DNA of 39,858 nt from NCBI GenBank assembly GCA_023231075.1, contig JALNWC010000001.1, forward strand, positions 1-39,858. Reading direction: 5' to 3'. The DNA comes from Rhodoferax sp. Its GTDB lineage: Bacteria; Pseudomonadota; Gammaproteobacteria; Burkholderiales; Burkholderiaceae_C. The number at the start of each line of letters is the position of its first letter. The first letter of the stretch is position 1. The notes below the pieces were generated by a model that was not told where the DNA came from, did not search any database, and worked only from the letters and a program-made list of their open reading frames with translations. Of the stretch, positions 1-8,336 are shown piece by piece. Made by a program: the position numbers and the translations under genes.

Positions 1-321
1 GGGTGGGGCGGTGGAAGGACCCGTGACGGGGGGGTGCTGGCTGTCGGCCATCACGAGTTCGCGCGACCAGATCACGAAGTGGCTGACGCCAAACCGCACC
101 ATGCAACAAGCTATGTCGACGGTGGCTTCGGCCTGATTGAACGGCGCGCCCATCACATGACCACGCTCGCTGGCATAGAAGCAATTGGGTTCGCCCTTCA
201 ATCCACGACGTACAAAGCCAAAAGTGGGATTACCCTTCTCAGCTGCCATGGCCTTGATGGCTTCATAGACCATGGGCATGTGGGCCTTGATGCTTGCGAT
301 TTGTTGTTCCACTGTTTCCAT
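1..321 (-). CDS. hypothetical phage protein, open at the window edge (absent from the ORF track)
   Basis: ATG at 321 preceded by AAAGGA. Reads METVEQQIASIKAHMPMVYEAIKAMAAEKGNPTFGFVRRGLKGEPNCFYASERGHVMGAPF... with no stop before position 1. Confidence 0.65.
   Translation of the reverse strand, partial: METVEQQIASIKAHMPMVYEAIKAMAAEKGNPTFGFVRRGLKGEPNCFYASERGHVMGAPFNQAEATVDIACCMVRFGVSHFVIWSRELVMADSQHPPVTGPSTAPP
16..22 (-). other. cosQ-like packaging termination signal (GGGTCCT)
   Basis: Minus strand reads CACGGGTCCTTCC, compared with lambda TTTACGGGTCCTTTCC. It lies 15 nt from the window end, and the other window end looks like cosN. Confidence 0.7.
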
Positions 322-735
322 TGCTGTCCTTTGAATTCGTTGCCGTCCAGCCGTCCACTTATATACATTGATGACATCCACACACACAGATCGCTCGGGT
401 GCGAGCGCGAGCGCGGGTGCACTCACATCACGCGCCCACATTTAAGAGACTGCGCCGATCGTTGGACAATGCAGCGGCTCCAACCTGGTCTTTAGGGGAT
501 ATGACCAGAGCGGTGCGCTCCATGCCAAATGCTGGACGGCTGGACGGATGCGGCGTGACACACACCCCTGCAGACGCCTGCACGGCGCGATGGCTTGGCC
601 TACGTCATGGGGGCATGCAATGACATCCCCGCTACCGCGCCACAACACGTACTGCCAATCTTGCGTCTGGTACGTGGTGTGGAGCGGCGCGTTTGTTGAG
701 CCACGACCTTTTCGGCCACGCACGGCCCTCGCTGG

Positions 736-3429
736 TCAAAATGGCTCATCGTCACTGCCCTCGTTTTCGCCGCCTGCGTTGGGCGGGGTCGGGGGTGCGC
801 TGGCACCCTCCTCTTCATCAATCGCTGGTGGCCACACCGACGGCTGCTTATATCCCCGTCTGCGCTGGCCGGTGCTCTCGCGGCCATAACCCCAGCCGTG
901 GGCTTCCAGCCAGCCCCGTATCTGGCTTTCCAGCAAGCTGCTGGATTTGGCTGCATCTGCGCCCAGGGCGCTCACCAGCCGGTCGAGCGTGATGAACGTC
1001 GTGTGCTGGTTCAGGTCATTGGTCACCTTGCTCTCGCTGGCCGGTGCGCCTTCGCGGGTCAGCAGCTCATACAAGCGGCTTTGCACGGCAGTTTCGACCA
1101 GGCGCAGCTTTTGTTCGGGCTCGAAATACGCCTCTTCTTCCTCGCGCGTGGGGGCATAACGTTCATGCGCCAGGTAAGCCTTGAGCGCTTCGGCAAACAA
1201 CTGGCTGCGCCACTTTTGCAACCATTCCAGCTTGATCTGCTGATCAATCCATATCGGCCAAAAACGCCGGTTACCGGTCAGGTCATACAGGTACTGCTTT
1301 TTGTTGGTGCTGCAAAATATCACGCATTGCCGTGGATGCGCCTGCACATACTTGCCATAGGCACCCCGAAAACGATCCACCGTGGAGCTGAAAAACTGCT
1401 TGACCTGCTCGGAGTCCGCTTTGCGCAGAGCCGTCAACTCGCTCAGCTCATAACCCCACAGGCCCTCAAGCTGCTCGAAGCCATCCTTGCCATTGCCGAT
1501 GTCAAAGTGTGTGTCGGAGAAAAATTCAGCACCCACCAGCGTCTTGACGAACGTGCTCTTGCCGACACCCGGCAGGCCCTCGAAAACCGGCGAATAGTCA
1601 AACTTGCAGCCGGGATCCATGACGCGCGCCACCAGGCCAATCAGCAGGTAGCGGCCCACCAACTCAAGGTACCGCTTGCGCCGTGGTGACATGGTGGCCG
1701 GGTCCATGCCCAGCACATAAATCAGCCAACGATCCAGGCGCGGCTTGTCATCGTGCACCTGATCGTGCAGGTAGTCCTTGATGGGGTGATACCGGTTTTG
1801 ATCAGCCACGGTTTCAATGGCCTCGCTCAAGGCGGCGCGTGATGCTGCCTTGAGCTTGTAGGTGCTGCACAGGTAGTCACCCAACCCCAGATCGTCGGTG
1901 TCCTTCAGCGGCCCGGCCACAGCCCGCCAAGGCCAAGGCACGCGCGTGCCAGGCGCCCCGGTCAGCTCGTTAAAGCCAAGGCAGTCCTTCAAATCCGGCG
2001 CTTTGCGCAAGGCGGCAATCAACAGCTTGCGATTCACGCCCAGCTCGTGCACCTCGCAGTCCAGCTTGTCACACAGAAACGCCAGGTGGTCGGTAAATGC
2101 GTCGTTGATGCCCCCCGCCCCCATAGCGTTAGCTGGCGCCGCGCCAAAATTACCACCTTTATCCCCACCAAAAGGGGCCGCAGGCTTGCCAGGATGGGCG
2201 CTCTTGGCTTCTTCGGTGTTGCCCGATGGCAGAGGCTGCGATTGGCCGAAAAACGCCAAAACACGCGCGCCGTCCCAGCCGTCGGTGGTGATGGCATCCG
2301 CGCAATCCCACCCTGCGGGCACTTCGAGCGGCTGGGGAATGGGCAGCAGCTGCACACTGCAGCCATGCGTGTCGCGCAGAATTGCGCCAATGCCCAGCAT
2401 AGCTGCCATGCCAGGCTGTTTGGTCACTGGCAGCAGCGGCTTGGACTGCTCAAGCACGGCACGGGCCAGGTCATCAGGGCACGCGGCACGCTCTTTGGGG
2501 GTAAGTTTTTCACGATGGGCATCGCAGTCGGGCCACAACAGCACCGAGCAGCCCGCCAACCATGACCAATTGGCTTTCTTCCACGCGTTGCTGCCACCGG
2601 GCCAGCTGCACACCAGATAAATGCCGGGGGCGTATGCGTCGAGCAGATCCTGCAGGATGCCCGCTTTTTTCTCGCCCTCGACCAGCACCACAGTGGCCAG
2701 CGGCTGGCCCAGGTCGCCAGAAAATTCAACCGGTGATTTTTTTGACGGAAAGTACAGCGGCCGGGGCTCGGCAAAGGTCTTGTTCAGCCACTTCATGGAC
2801 CCGTCACGATCGCTCTTGCACCAGGTGAATGGCAGCGGCAGCTTACCGCCCTGACTGCGCATGACACGCACGATGTAGCCGTAAAGCGCGGAATCCATTC
2901 GGTATTCGGCCACGTGCTCGATATTCGACTGGTCGTAATGCGAATGGTGAAACCTGAACAAGGGGGCGAAGTCAGGCACCGGGGCCATGACCTCCCACTT
3001 CTCATCGGGCTTTTCCGGGGCGACTTTTGGCGGCTCAGGCCGGGGTGGCTTGACAAGCACCGTGGCGTCACCATGGGCAAGCGTGACGCCGGCAATGTCT
3101 TCCAGGCCTTCCTCGCGCGCCAGGGTCACTGCCGCCATGACGTTGCCCAGGCCATGAATGGCGCCGTAAAGGCTGATCAGGTCGCCGCCCTTTTCGCCCG
3201 TTGCAAAGTCAGCCCAGCAGCCCAGCCCTTCCTTGCCGGTCACATTGACGCTGCAAGAATCGCCCTTGCCTCCAGACAGCGACCCACACTTGTATTCCTT
3301 TCCTTCTTTTTTGCCTCCCGGCAACCACCCTTTAACGAGCTGTTCAATTCGGCCCAACAGCGCTGCATTGAGCGCCTCGTATTTGGGCGGCGGCAATGGC
3401 GCACGCTCAATCATTGACCGTCCCGGCAA
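736..3429 (-). CDS. DNA primase-helicase (N-terminal primase/TOPRIM-like region plus VirE/VapE-type P-loop ATPase)
   Basis: 897 aa. VLVEGEKKA and WPDCD TOPRIM-like motifs, Walker A GLPGVGKST, ELSEL, and YLYDLTGNRRFWP typical of the virulence-associated E family. Confidence 0.88.
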   Translation of the reverse strand: MPGRSMIERAPLPPPKYEALNAALLGRIEQLVKGWLPGGKKEGKEYKCGSLSGGKGDSCSVNVTGKEGLGCWADFATGEKGGDLISLYGAIHGLGNVMAAVTLAREEGLEDIAGVTLAHGDATVLVKPPRPEPPKVAPEKPDEKWEVMAPVPDFAPLFRFHHSHYDQSNIEHVAEYRMDSALYGYIVRVMRSQGGKLPLPFTWCKSDRDGSMKWLNKTFAEPRPLYFPSKKSPVEFSGDLGQPLATVVLVEGEKKAGILQDLLDAYAPGIYLVCSWPGGSNAWKKANWSWLAGCSVLLWPDCDAHREKLTPKERAACPDDLARAVLEQSKPLLPVTKQPGMAAMLGIGAILRDTHGCSVQLLPIPQPLEVPAGWDCADAITTDGWDGARVLAFFGQSQPLPSGNTEEAKSAHPGKPAAPFGGDKGGNFGAAPANAMGAGGINDAFTDHLAFLCDKLDCEVHELGVNRKLLIAALRKAPDLKDCLGFNELTGAPGTRVPWPWRAVAGPLKDTDDLGLGDYLCSTYKLKAASRAALSEAIETVADQNRYHPIKDYLHDQVHDDKPRLDRWLIYVLGMDPATMSPRRKRYLELVGRYLLIGLVARVMDPGCKFDYSPVFEGLPGVGKSTFVKTLVGAEFFSDTHFDIGNGKDGFEQLEGLWGYELSELTALRKADSEQVKQFFSSTVDRFRGAYGKYVQAHPRQCVIFCSTNKKQYLYDLTGNRRFWPIWIDQQIKLEWLQKWRSQLFAEALKAYLAHERYAPTREEEEAYFEPEQKLRLVETAVQSRLYELLTREGAPASESKVTNDLNQHTTFITLDRLVSALGADAAKSSSLLESQIRGWLEAHGWGYGRESTGQRRRGYKQPSVWPPAIDEEEGASAPPTPPNAGGENEGSDDEPF

Positions 3430-3464
3430 AAGATGTAAAAAAGATCACCACAAGGCAGCCGTTT

Positions 3465-3863
3465 TCAGCCAGCGACACGACCGTGTAACGCCTCAATCAG
3501 CACCCGATTTTTCAGGCGTTCCTGATCCAGGGCCTCGCGGGCCTGGCGCAACTCACGCTCGATCTCGCTCTCTTGTCGGCGCAGACTATGCAAGTCATAC
3601 CCGCGCTGGTACAACATCCACAGCACCGGCGCATCATTTCCGCAGGCATCCATCAAGCGTGAAAATTTGGGCCAGACAATACCTTCAGCACCACTTTGCC
3701 AACGGCTGAACTGGGCCTTGTCTACACCCAACTCATGCTGCAGCGATTTGTCCAAACCAAATCCGCCCAGCTCGGCGCACAACTCGATGGCAGCACCCAA
3801 AGACTGTTTGCGTGAAACCTCTTCGGGGCGCACTGCGATGGGTATTGATATTTGGTTTGCCAT
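3465..3863 (-). CDS. CII-like/HTH phage regulatory protein
   Basis: HTH-like LQHELGVDKAQFSRWQSG plus a C-terminal coiled coil. Lies between cro and the replication gene. Confidence 0.6.
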   Translation of the reverse strand: MANQISIPIAVRPEEVSRKQSLGAAIELCAELGGFGLDKSLQHELGVDKAQFSRWQSGAEGIVWPKFSRLMDACGNDAPVLWMLYQRGYDLHSLRRQESEIERELRQAREALDQERLKNRVLIEALHGRVAG

Positions 3864-4124
3864 AGTCACTCAACCTTGTTGAGAGCTGTTGTGTAGCTCA
3901 ACAGCCCAAAAAAAATCACACTACCGGCATGAAGAAAAACGCCACCCACCGCACAGCCCGGCAAACCGCTGCGTGTCGCTGGCATGCACGCATCAGGGCA
4001 TGGAAGGTAGGCCAGTCCAAAAAGACGGGCCGGTCCGGATCGGCGGGTAGCAAAAGGGCGAGCGCCCCAGCCGGCAGACAATGGCAGCGTCTTACCACGG
4101 CCAAAATCACCAAAAGGGGCGCTC

Positions 4125-4409
4125 ATGACAATCAGCATCAAAGAACTCGCAGCAAAACTCGACCGACTGCGTGCAGACCTCGCTGCAACCAACCAGGCAC
4201 TTGCCGCCACCATGACGGTGCTGACGCCGGAGCAGCGGCAGGACATGCTGACCGCATTGGCAAACGCATCTGCACTGAAACAAGCGTTCTACGAGAAATT
4301 ACCCATATCAGAGGAAGGCATGCGAGTGGCAACACGACTGATGCAGGAGGCAGAAGAGCGCGTGTACCGACTGCTGCAATCGGCGCCAGAACGATTTGCT
4401 GGCCGCTGA
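4125..4409 (+). CDS. hypothetical helical protein, antisense to the early operon
   Basis: 94-aa ORF with AAAAGGGG upstream of the ATG and a helical, coiled-coil-like sequence. Confidence 0.5.
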   Translation: MTISIKELAAKLDRLRADLAATNQALAATMTVLTPEQRQDMLTALANASALKQAFYEKLPISEEGMRVATRLMQEAEERVYRLLQSAPERFAGR

Positions 4410-4519
4410 ATGCGGTCATCTCGTTAAGTTCATACAGCCAGAAGTCTTCACGTGCCTGTCGAGCTTCCAGCCAGGCCTGCAGACGATGGACTTCATCCCA
4501 ATCGGGTAAGTTAGTCATA

Positions 4520-4771
4520 TCAAGCCCCCTGCTCTGTGGTTTGAGGTTGGGTGGCCAGCTCGGGCGTATTCCTCAGCACCTGCCAGGCCACATCCGGCCG
4601 CAGCCGTTCACAGCTCACGCCGGTCATGCGCTCAATCAGTGGGCATTTGTCTGCTGGTGTTTCGCGCCGGCCGTCACGCCAAAAACAAACTGCTTGAGGC
4701 GTAACCCCAAGCTCTTTCGCCAGCTTTGTGACGCTGCCGGCGATGGAAATGGCTTCTTGAATTGGTTTCAT
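4520..4771 (-). CDS. cro: Cro-like repressor (YdaS/Cro family)
   Basis: MKPIQEAISIAGSVTKLAKELGVTPQAVCFW...ERLRPDV, divergent from the cI-like gene. ATG at 4771 is preferred over the track start. Confidence 0.85.
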   Translation of the reverse strand: MKPIQEAISIAGSVTKLAKELGVTPQAVCFWRDGRRETPADKCPLIERMTGVSCERLRPDVAWQVLRNTPELATQPQTTEQGA

Positions 4772-4779
4772 GCCGTTTA

Positions 4780-4842
4780 TTCTACACATGTAGAACGCAC
4801 AAATCTACACCTGTGTTTGATTTATTTTCAACACTTGTTTAG
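4780..4842. promoter_or_regulatory. OR-like operator array (three sites) in the cro/cI divergent intergenic region
   Basis: TTCTACACATGTAGAA (4780-4795, 7-bp arms), ATCTACACCTGTGTTT (4803-4818), TTCAACACTTGTTTAG (4827-4842). TAGTCT lies 6 nt before the cI ATG, suggesting a leaderless PRM-like promoter. Confidence 0.75.
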
Positions 4843-4851
4843 TCTCGCCAA

Positions 4852-5319
4852 ATGGCTATAGGCAAGCAAATCAAACACTACCGCGAAAAAGCGGGCTGGA
4901 GGCTGAAAGAACTCTCAGCGCGCAGTGACGTCGACGTGGGCACCATCTCTGCGCTGGAAATTCGTGACAGCTCACGCTCAGAATTTTTCCAACAAATCGC
5001 CCAGGCTTTTGGCTTGACCCTGGAGCAGCTGGCCGACGAAACCGCCGATCACGACCTTTCGCACCTCAAGACACCCCCTGTCCCTGCCGGCTATTCTGGT
5101 GACCGCGATACCCACCCCACTTCCAAGATGCTGGCAACAGACACCCCGTTTCACGGCTCAAAAAGCGTGCAAGTGCATGACGAGTGGACCATGGAAGCCA
5201 TCGCCGTCATGAATCAGCTCGACACCGGCCAAAAGCAAGCCATGGTGGCAAAGATGCGTGAATACAAACAATACCTCGGCCCACCCCGCGACGGCCAAAC
5301 TCTATCAATGGCCGCATAA
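4852..5319 (+). CDS. CI-like XRE-family repressor without a recognisable S24 peptidase domain
   Basis: N-terminal HTH IKHYREKAGWRLKELSARSDVDVGTISALE, divergent from cro, 155 aa. Confidence 0.8.
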   Translation: MAIGKQIKHYREKAGWRLKELSARSDVDVGTISALEIRDSSRSEFFQQIAQAFGLTLEQLADETADHDLSHLKTPPVPAGYSGDRDTHPTSKMLATDTPFHGSKSVQVHDEWTMEAIAVMNQLDTGQKQAMVAKMREYKQYLGPPRDGQTLSMAA

Positions 5320-5433
5320 AAAGAGGGAGCGGTGTGAGTCAAAACAAAACCAAGACCACACACAAGGTATCTCGTTGGAAAAATCGCCAGCCGAACACCC
5401 CGGCTGTTATGTTCATTTGTTGAAAGATTTCCA

Positions 5434-5565
5434 ATGAGAGCACTACTTCTTACCTTATGCTTCATCGCAACAATGGCCCAGGCAACCGCTTGGACACACA
5501 GCGGCCGCACTGACAAAAACGGCTGTCACCGTGACGTTAAAGCCGGTACCCGGCACTGCCACTAA
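5434..5565 (+). CDS. small exported His/Cys-rich peptide (YHYH-domain-like), 43 aa
   Basis: MRALLLTLCFIATMAQATAWTHSGRTDKNGCHRDVKAGTRHCH: signal peptide followed by the HSGRTDxxGCH...HCH motif. Confidence 0.65.
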   Translation: MRALLLTLCFIATMAQATAWTHSGRTDKNGCHRDVKAGTRHCH

Positions 5566-5776
5566 CAAGAGGTGCATCGTGATCAAAATGACAATGTGGT
5601 TTTTGGTAACCGTCATGGTGCTGATCGCCTTGCTGGGTGTGTATGAACTTGCCACCAGGCCTAGCGACCACATGAAACGAGTCGAAGCCGTTACGCGCGA
5701 AACCAATGCGCGCATTGCCAAAGACCAGGCAGCACAAGAGCGCAAATGGGCAGCAGCGGCAAAAACGCCGACATAA
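5531..5776 (+). CDS. small membrane protein (true start probably downstream, ~5579-5594)
   Basis: Hydrophobic stretch MWFLVTVMVLIALLGVYEL followed by a charged helix. Confidence 0.5.
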   Translation: MTLKPVPGTATNKRCIVIKMTMWFLVTVMVLIALLGVYELATRPSDHMKRVEAVTRETNARIAKDQAAQERKWAAAAKTPT

Positions 5777-5779
5777 AAA

Positions 5780-6040
5780 ATGCCAGACACCCAGCAGGTA
5801 TTTGACCAGGTGTGCGCGCGCTTGCGTTTGGCGGGCGCTACCTCTTGCGATTTGCACGTCAATCTATGGTCCAACAGCTACATTGACGCCACCTTTCCAG
5901 GCAGTTTATCGGCTGCCCGAGTCGCATGTGCTACCGCCGCTCAAGCAGCCCGCACACCAGAGCGACCTCTTCTCGGCTGGCAGATCAAAATGTTTTCCCC
6001 CTTGGGTGATGACCGCCCCATCGCCGTCTGCACTCTCTAG
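5780..6040 (+). CDS. hypothetical protein
   Basis: 86-aa ORF following the previous gene and ending just before the terminator. Confidence 0.45.
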   Translation: MPDTQQVFDQVCARLRLAGATSCDLHVNLWSNSYIDATFPGSLSAARVACATAAQAARTPERPLLGWQIKMFSPLGDDRPIAVCTL

Positions 6041-6061
6041 ATTCCGCTTTCGTCAGTGCCT

Positions 6062-6085
6062 AAAACCCGCTTCGGCGGGTTTTTT
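6062..6085 (+). terminator. intrinsic terminator, possibly bidirectional, closing the cI operon
   Basis: AAAACCCGC-TTCG-GCGGGTTTTTT. Confidence 0.85.
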
Positions 6086-6105
6086 ATGACATGTTGAAAA
6101 TATAT

Positions 6106-6146
6106 TTCTACACTTGTTGACGACTATTAATCTACGAGTGTAGAAT
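6106..6146 (+). promoter_or_regulatory. PL/OL-like sigma70 promoter overlapped by two repressor operators
   Basis: TTGACG (6117)-18 nt-TAGAAT (6141). Operators TTCTACACTTGTTGAC (6106-6121) and ATCTACGAGTGTAGAA (6130-6145) match the OR motif. Confidence 0.75.
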
Positions 6147-6187
6147 TTCACTCATCCCGCCATTCCGCAGCGGGCATGGAGTGAAAA

Positions 6188-6442
6188 ATGCAGTCAAGTT
6201 ACGATCTTGTAGGAGGCCAGTCGCCCCAGGCGGTCGGTGTAGGTGGCCCAGTTGCTGGGCGAGTCGGTGTGGATACACCCATCGCAAACAGGGAGCGCGT
6301 TGTGCTTGCTGCCCTGGCCGCGATCTTGCTCGAAGTGTGCGACCACCCGGCAGTGACGCCGCACAGCGCCGACAGCTATTTGCCGGATCACCTGATCACT
6401 GATGCGATTGATGCCCTTAAGGCTTATGGGTTGACATCATGA
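6188..6442 (+). CDS. hypothetical early protein
   Basis: 84 aa, GGAG SD, first gene after the PL-like promoter. Confidence 0.6.
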   Translation: MQSSYDLVGGQSPQAVGVGGPVAGRVGVDTPIANRERVVLAALAAILLEVCDHPAVTPHSADSYLPDHLITDAIDALKAYGLTS

Positions 6443-6570
6443 GCATCAAAAGACTCATCAATCTCCTGGCGGCCATGGCCGTGGTAGTCGCCTGGTTGTG
6501 GCTGGTGGCCAACTTTGACGATTTGACAGCCCTGATCGGTAGGGTTGGCCCACTTGGAGTGACCGCATGA
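6439..6570 (+). CDS. small membrane protein, 43 aa (absent from the ORF track)
   Basis: ATGA overlaps at both ends. MSIKRLINLLAAMAVVVAWLWLVANFDDL... Confidence 0.6.
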   Translation: MSIKRLINLLAAMAVVVAWLWLVANFDDLTALIGRVGPLGVTA

Positions 6571-6830
6571 TCACCCACCGCATCCTAAACACGCTGCTGG
6601 CCATTTTTGTCATCGGCGCCTGGCTGTACCTGGCCGCCAACTTTGACGCCGAGACCGAGCAAGGCGACACCCGCCACCAGGCCGGTCTGGCCGAAGACAT
6701 GCGCTTTGCTCGTGCGGCTCAGGCCGTTTGTGGCCCTAATGCAGCCTGGTCCGAGACCACACACAAAAACCAGATTATGTGCGAGACCAAGCGCGGTCAC
6801 AAAACCATCACGGCACAGGTGCAGCCATGA
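6567..6830 (+). CDS. membrane-anchored hypothetical protein
   Basis: N-terminal TM segment, two Cys, ATGA-coupled. Confidence 0.65.
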   Translation: MITHRILNTLLAIFVIGAWLYLAANFDAETEQGDTRHQAGLAEDMRFARAAQAVCGPNAAWSETTHKNQIMCETKRGHKTITAQVQP

Positions 6831-7054
6831 GCAATGTTGAAATGCTCGAAATTTTCAAATCAGAGGCCATCGAACAACTGGCCGACAACGACCGCTACAT
6901 CGGCGTGTTGCATGAACGCATTGCAGTACTCGAATACCACCTTGGCCGGATCCGTGAATCGGCCTACCAAATGATTAGCAGCACAGTTGGTGTACTGCCG
7001 ATCGAATACGTCCATGACGACAAGCCCGCACCAAAAAACAAGAAAAAATCATGA
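6827..7054 (+). CDS. hypothetical protein
   Basis: ATGA-coupled start MSNVEMLE. Confidence 0.55.
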   Translation: MSNVEMLEIFKSEAIEQLADNDRYIGVLHERIAVLEYHLGRIRESAYQMISSTVGVLPIEYVHDDKPAPKNKKKS

Positions 7055-7332
7055 CAAACTGTTGTGATGATTTTGGCACCTGCACCCGCGGAGCCAACTG
7101 CCAGGCCCGCGCTGGCACCGTGCCTCCCGAGGCGGGTAATGTGCGCCTGCCGCCCGTTGACTACGACGGCGGCCAGCCTCTGAGCCATGACGAAAACATG
7201 GCAATGGGGCGCACCTTGTTGCTGTGGCTGATCAGTGTGGTTACTGTGGTGGGTACGGTGAGCATATTCGTGAGCTTTGGCACCGAGCACTATGCCGAGC
7301 TGCTCTGGGGTCTGCTGGCAACGCTGTCATGA
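7051..7332 (+). CDS. hypothetical membrane protein with N-terminal CCxxxGxCxxGxxC motif
   Basis: MTNCCDDFGTCTRGANC, C-terminal TM segment, ATGA-coupled. Confidence 0.65.
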   Translation: MTNCCDDFGTCTRGANCQARAGTVPPEAGNVRLPPVDYDGGQPLSHDENMAMGRTLLLWLISVVTVVGTVSIFVSFGTEHYAELLWGLLATLS

Positions 7333-7673
7333 GCACATCTGAAAAATACACCGGGCAGCTCTACCTGGCCAACAAAACCAAGCCACAGGCCATGACGCGC
7401 CAGGACGGCACCTTTGCCGTGCAGTTGCTGGCCTACAGTCGCCCCGGCCACAACATGATGGTGCCTTGGCGCATTACCTACCTGGGTGACGACGCGCTGG
7501 GCTTCTGGTGCCAGTGCGGCAATGACCTGACCCCCGGCGCCGTGCTGCAGGTGGAGCTGACCAAGCTGGTGTTGATCGAGGGCGGCGGTCGCCATGCCGG
7601 GGCCGAAATGCACGCCCACGTCAACACTCTGCAAGTGCTTCCAAAAGCGCCCAAAAGCGCGCAAACCCATTAA
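7329..7673 (+). CDS. hypothetical protein, possibly OB-fold/SSB-like
   Basis: Beta-rich pattern (WRITYLGDDA...LTPGAVLQVE) reminiscent of SSB/PriB. ATGA-coupled. Confidence 0.5.
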   Translation: MSTSEKYTGQLYLANKTKPQAMTRQDGTFAVQLLAYSRPGHNMMVPWRITYLGDDALGFWCQCGNDLTPGAVLQVELTKLVLIEGGGRHAGAEMHAHVNTLQVLPKAPKSAQTH

Positions 7674-7693
7674 CTCCAACGGAGCTTATTTTT

Positions 7694-7915
7694 ATGCCAA
7701 CCATCACCCTGACCTTGACCGACACGCCCAACGGTGCCGTGTCAATTCACAGCAGCTGGAAGCCCGCCGTGGGCAACCCATGCAGCCCAGCCCAAAGTGC
7801 GGCTCTGGAAATAATCGCCCGCACGCACCAGCAGTGGGGCGTGCACATCGACGCCGCTCCGGGCGGTGTTGACATCGATGCGGTGCACCGAGTGCGCAAC
7901 GCGGCCAGGGGCTAA
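7694..7915 (+). CDS. hypothetical protein
   Basis: 73 aa with GGAG SD. Confidence 0.6.
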   Translation: MPTITLTLTDTPNGAVSIHSSWKPAVGNPCSPAQSAALEIIARTHQQWGVHIDAAPGGVDIDAVHRVRNAARG

Positions 7916-7918
7916 GCT

Positions 7919-8320
7919 ATGGCCGGCAGTTACTTAACCACCCTCACGCCGCAGCAGGCGCTGGTGCTCGATGCCCTGCGTACCGTGGGCACCATGACGC
8001 TGGCCGAACTCCGAGCACTGACCGGCCTTGGCCAAACTTACCTGCGCCGCGCCCACCATGAGCTGTTGGCACTGAATCTGCTGACCAGCGACTATACCCG
8101 CGGCAAGGGGCGACCCATGACGCTTACCGTCACCAGCACCGGCTGCCGCGTATTGGCGCGCCACAAGCGTGTAGCAGAACGCGAATCCGACCGCGCCGAG
8201 CTGCAAGTGGTGCCGCCGCGCGGCTACGACATCGATCACGCAGTGTACGCGCCGCCGCGCCACAGCTACTACCGAAACGATGGCAATAAGCATATTGCCA
8301 GCGTGGGCGTTGGATGCTGA
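7919..8320 (+). CDS. MarR-like winged-helix protein
   Basis: LTPQQALVLDALRTVGTMTLAELRALTGL...LTVTSTG wHTH pattern. Confidence 0.6.
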   Translation: MAGSYLTTLTPQQALVLDALRTVGTMTLAELRALTGLGQTYLRRAHHELLALNLLTSDYTRGKGRPMTLTVTSTGCRVLARHKRVAERESDRAELQVVPPRGYDIDHAVYAPPRHSYYRNDGNKHIASVGVGC

Positions 8321-8336
8321 ACTTTTTGGAGCCACC

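Noticed and set aside
340-735. Replication origin or ncRNA downstream of the primase
   Set aside because: Low-complexity GC/AC alternations are present, but I found no clear iterons or structure I can support.
3886-3904. LexA box
   Set aside because: CTGT and ACAG are 11 nt apart, not the 8 nt of the canonical SOS box.
3929-4861. 310-aa plus-strand ORF and the many other long antisense or alternate-frame ORFs (e.g. 26484-27779, 8733-9761, 34-495)
   Set aside because: They overlap well-supported genes, lack motifs, and are expected shadows in GC-rich coding DNA.
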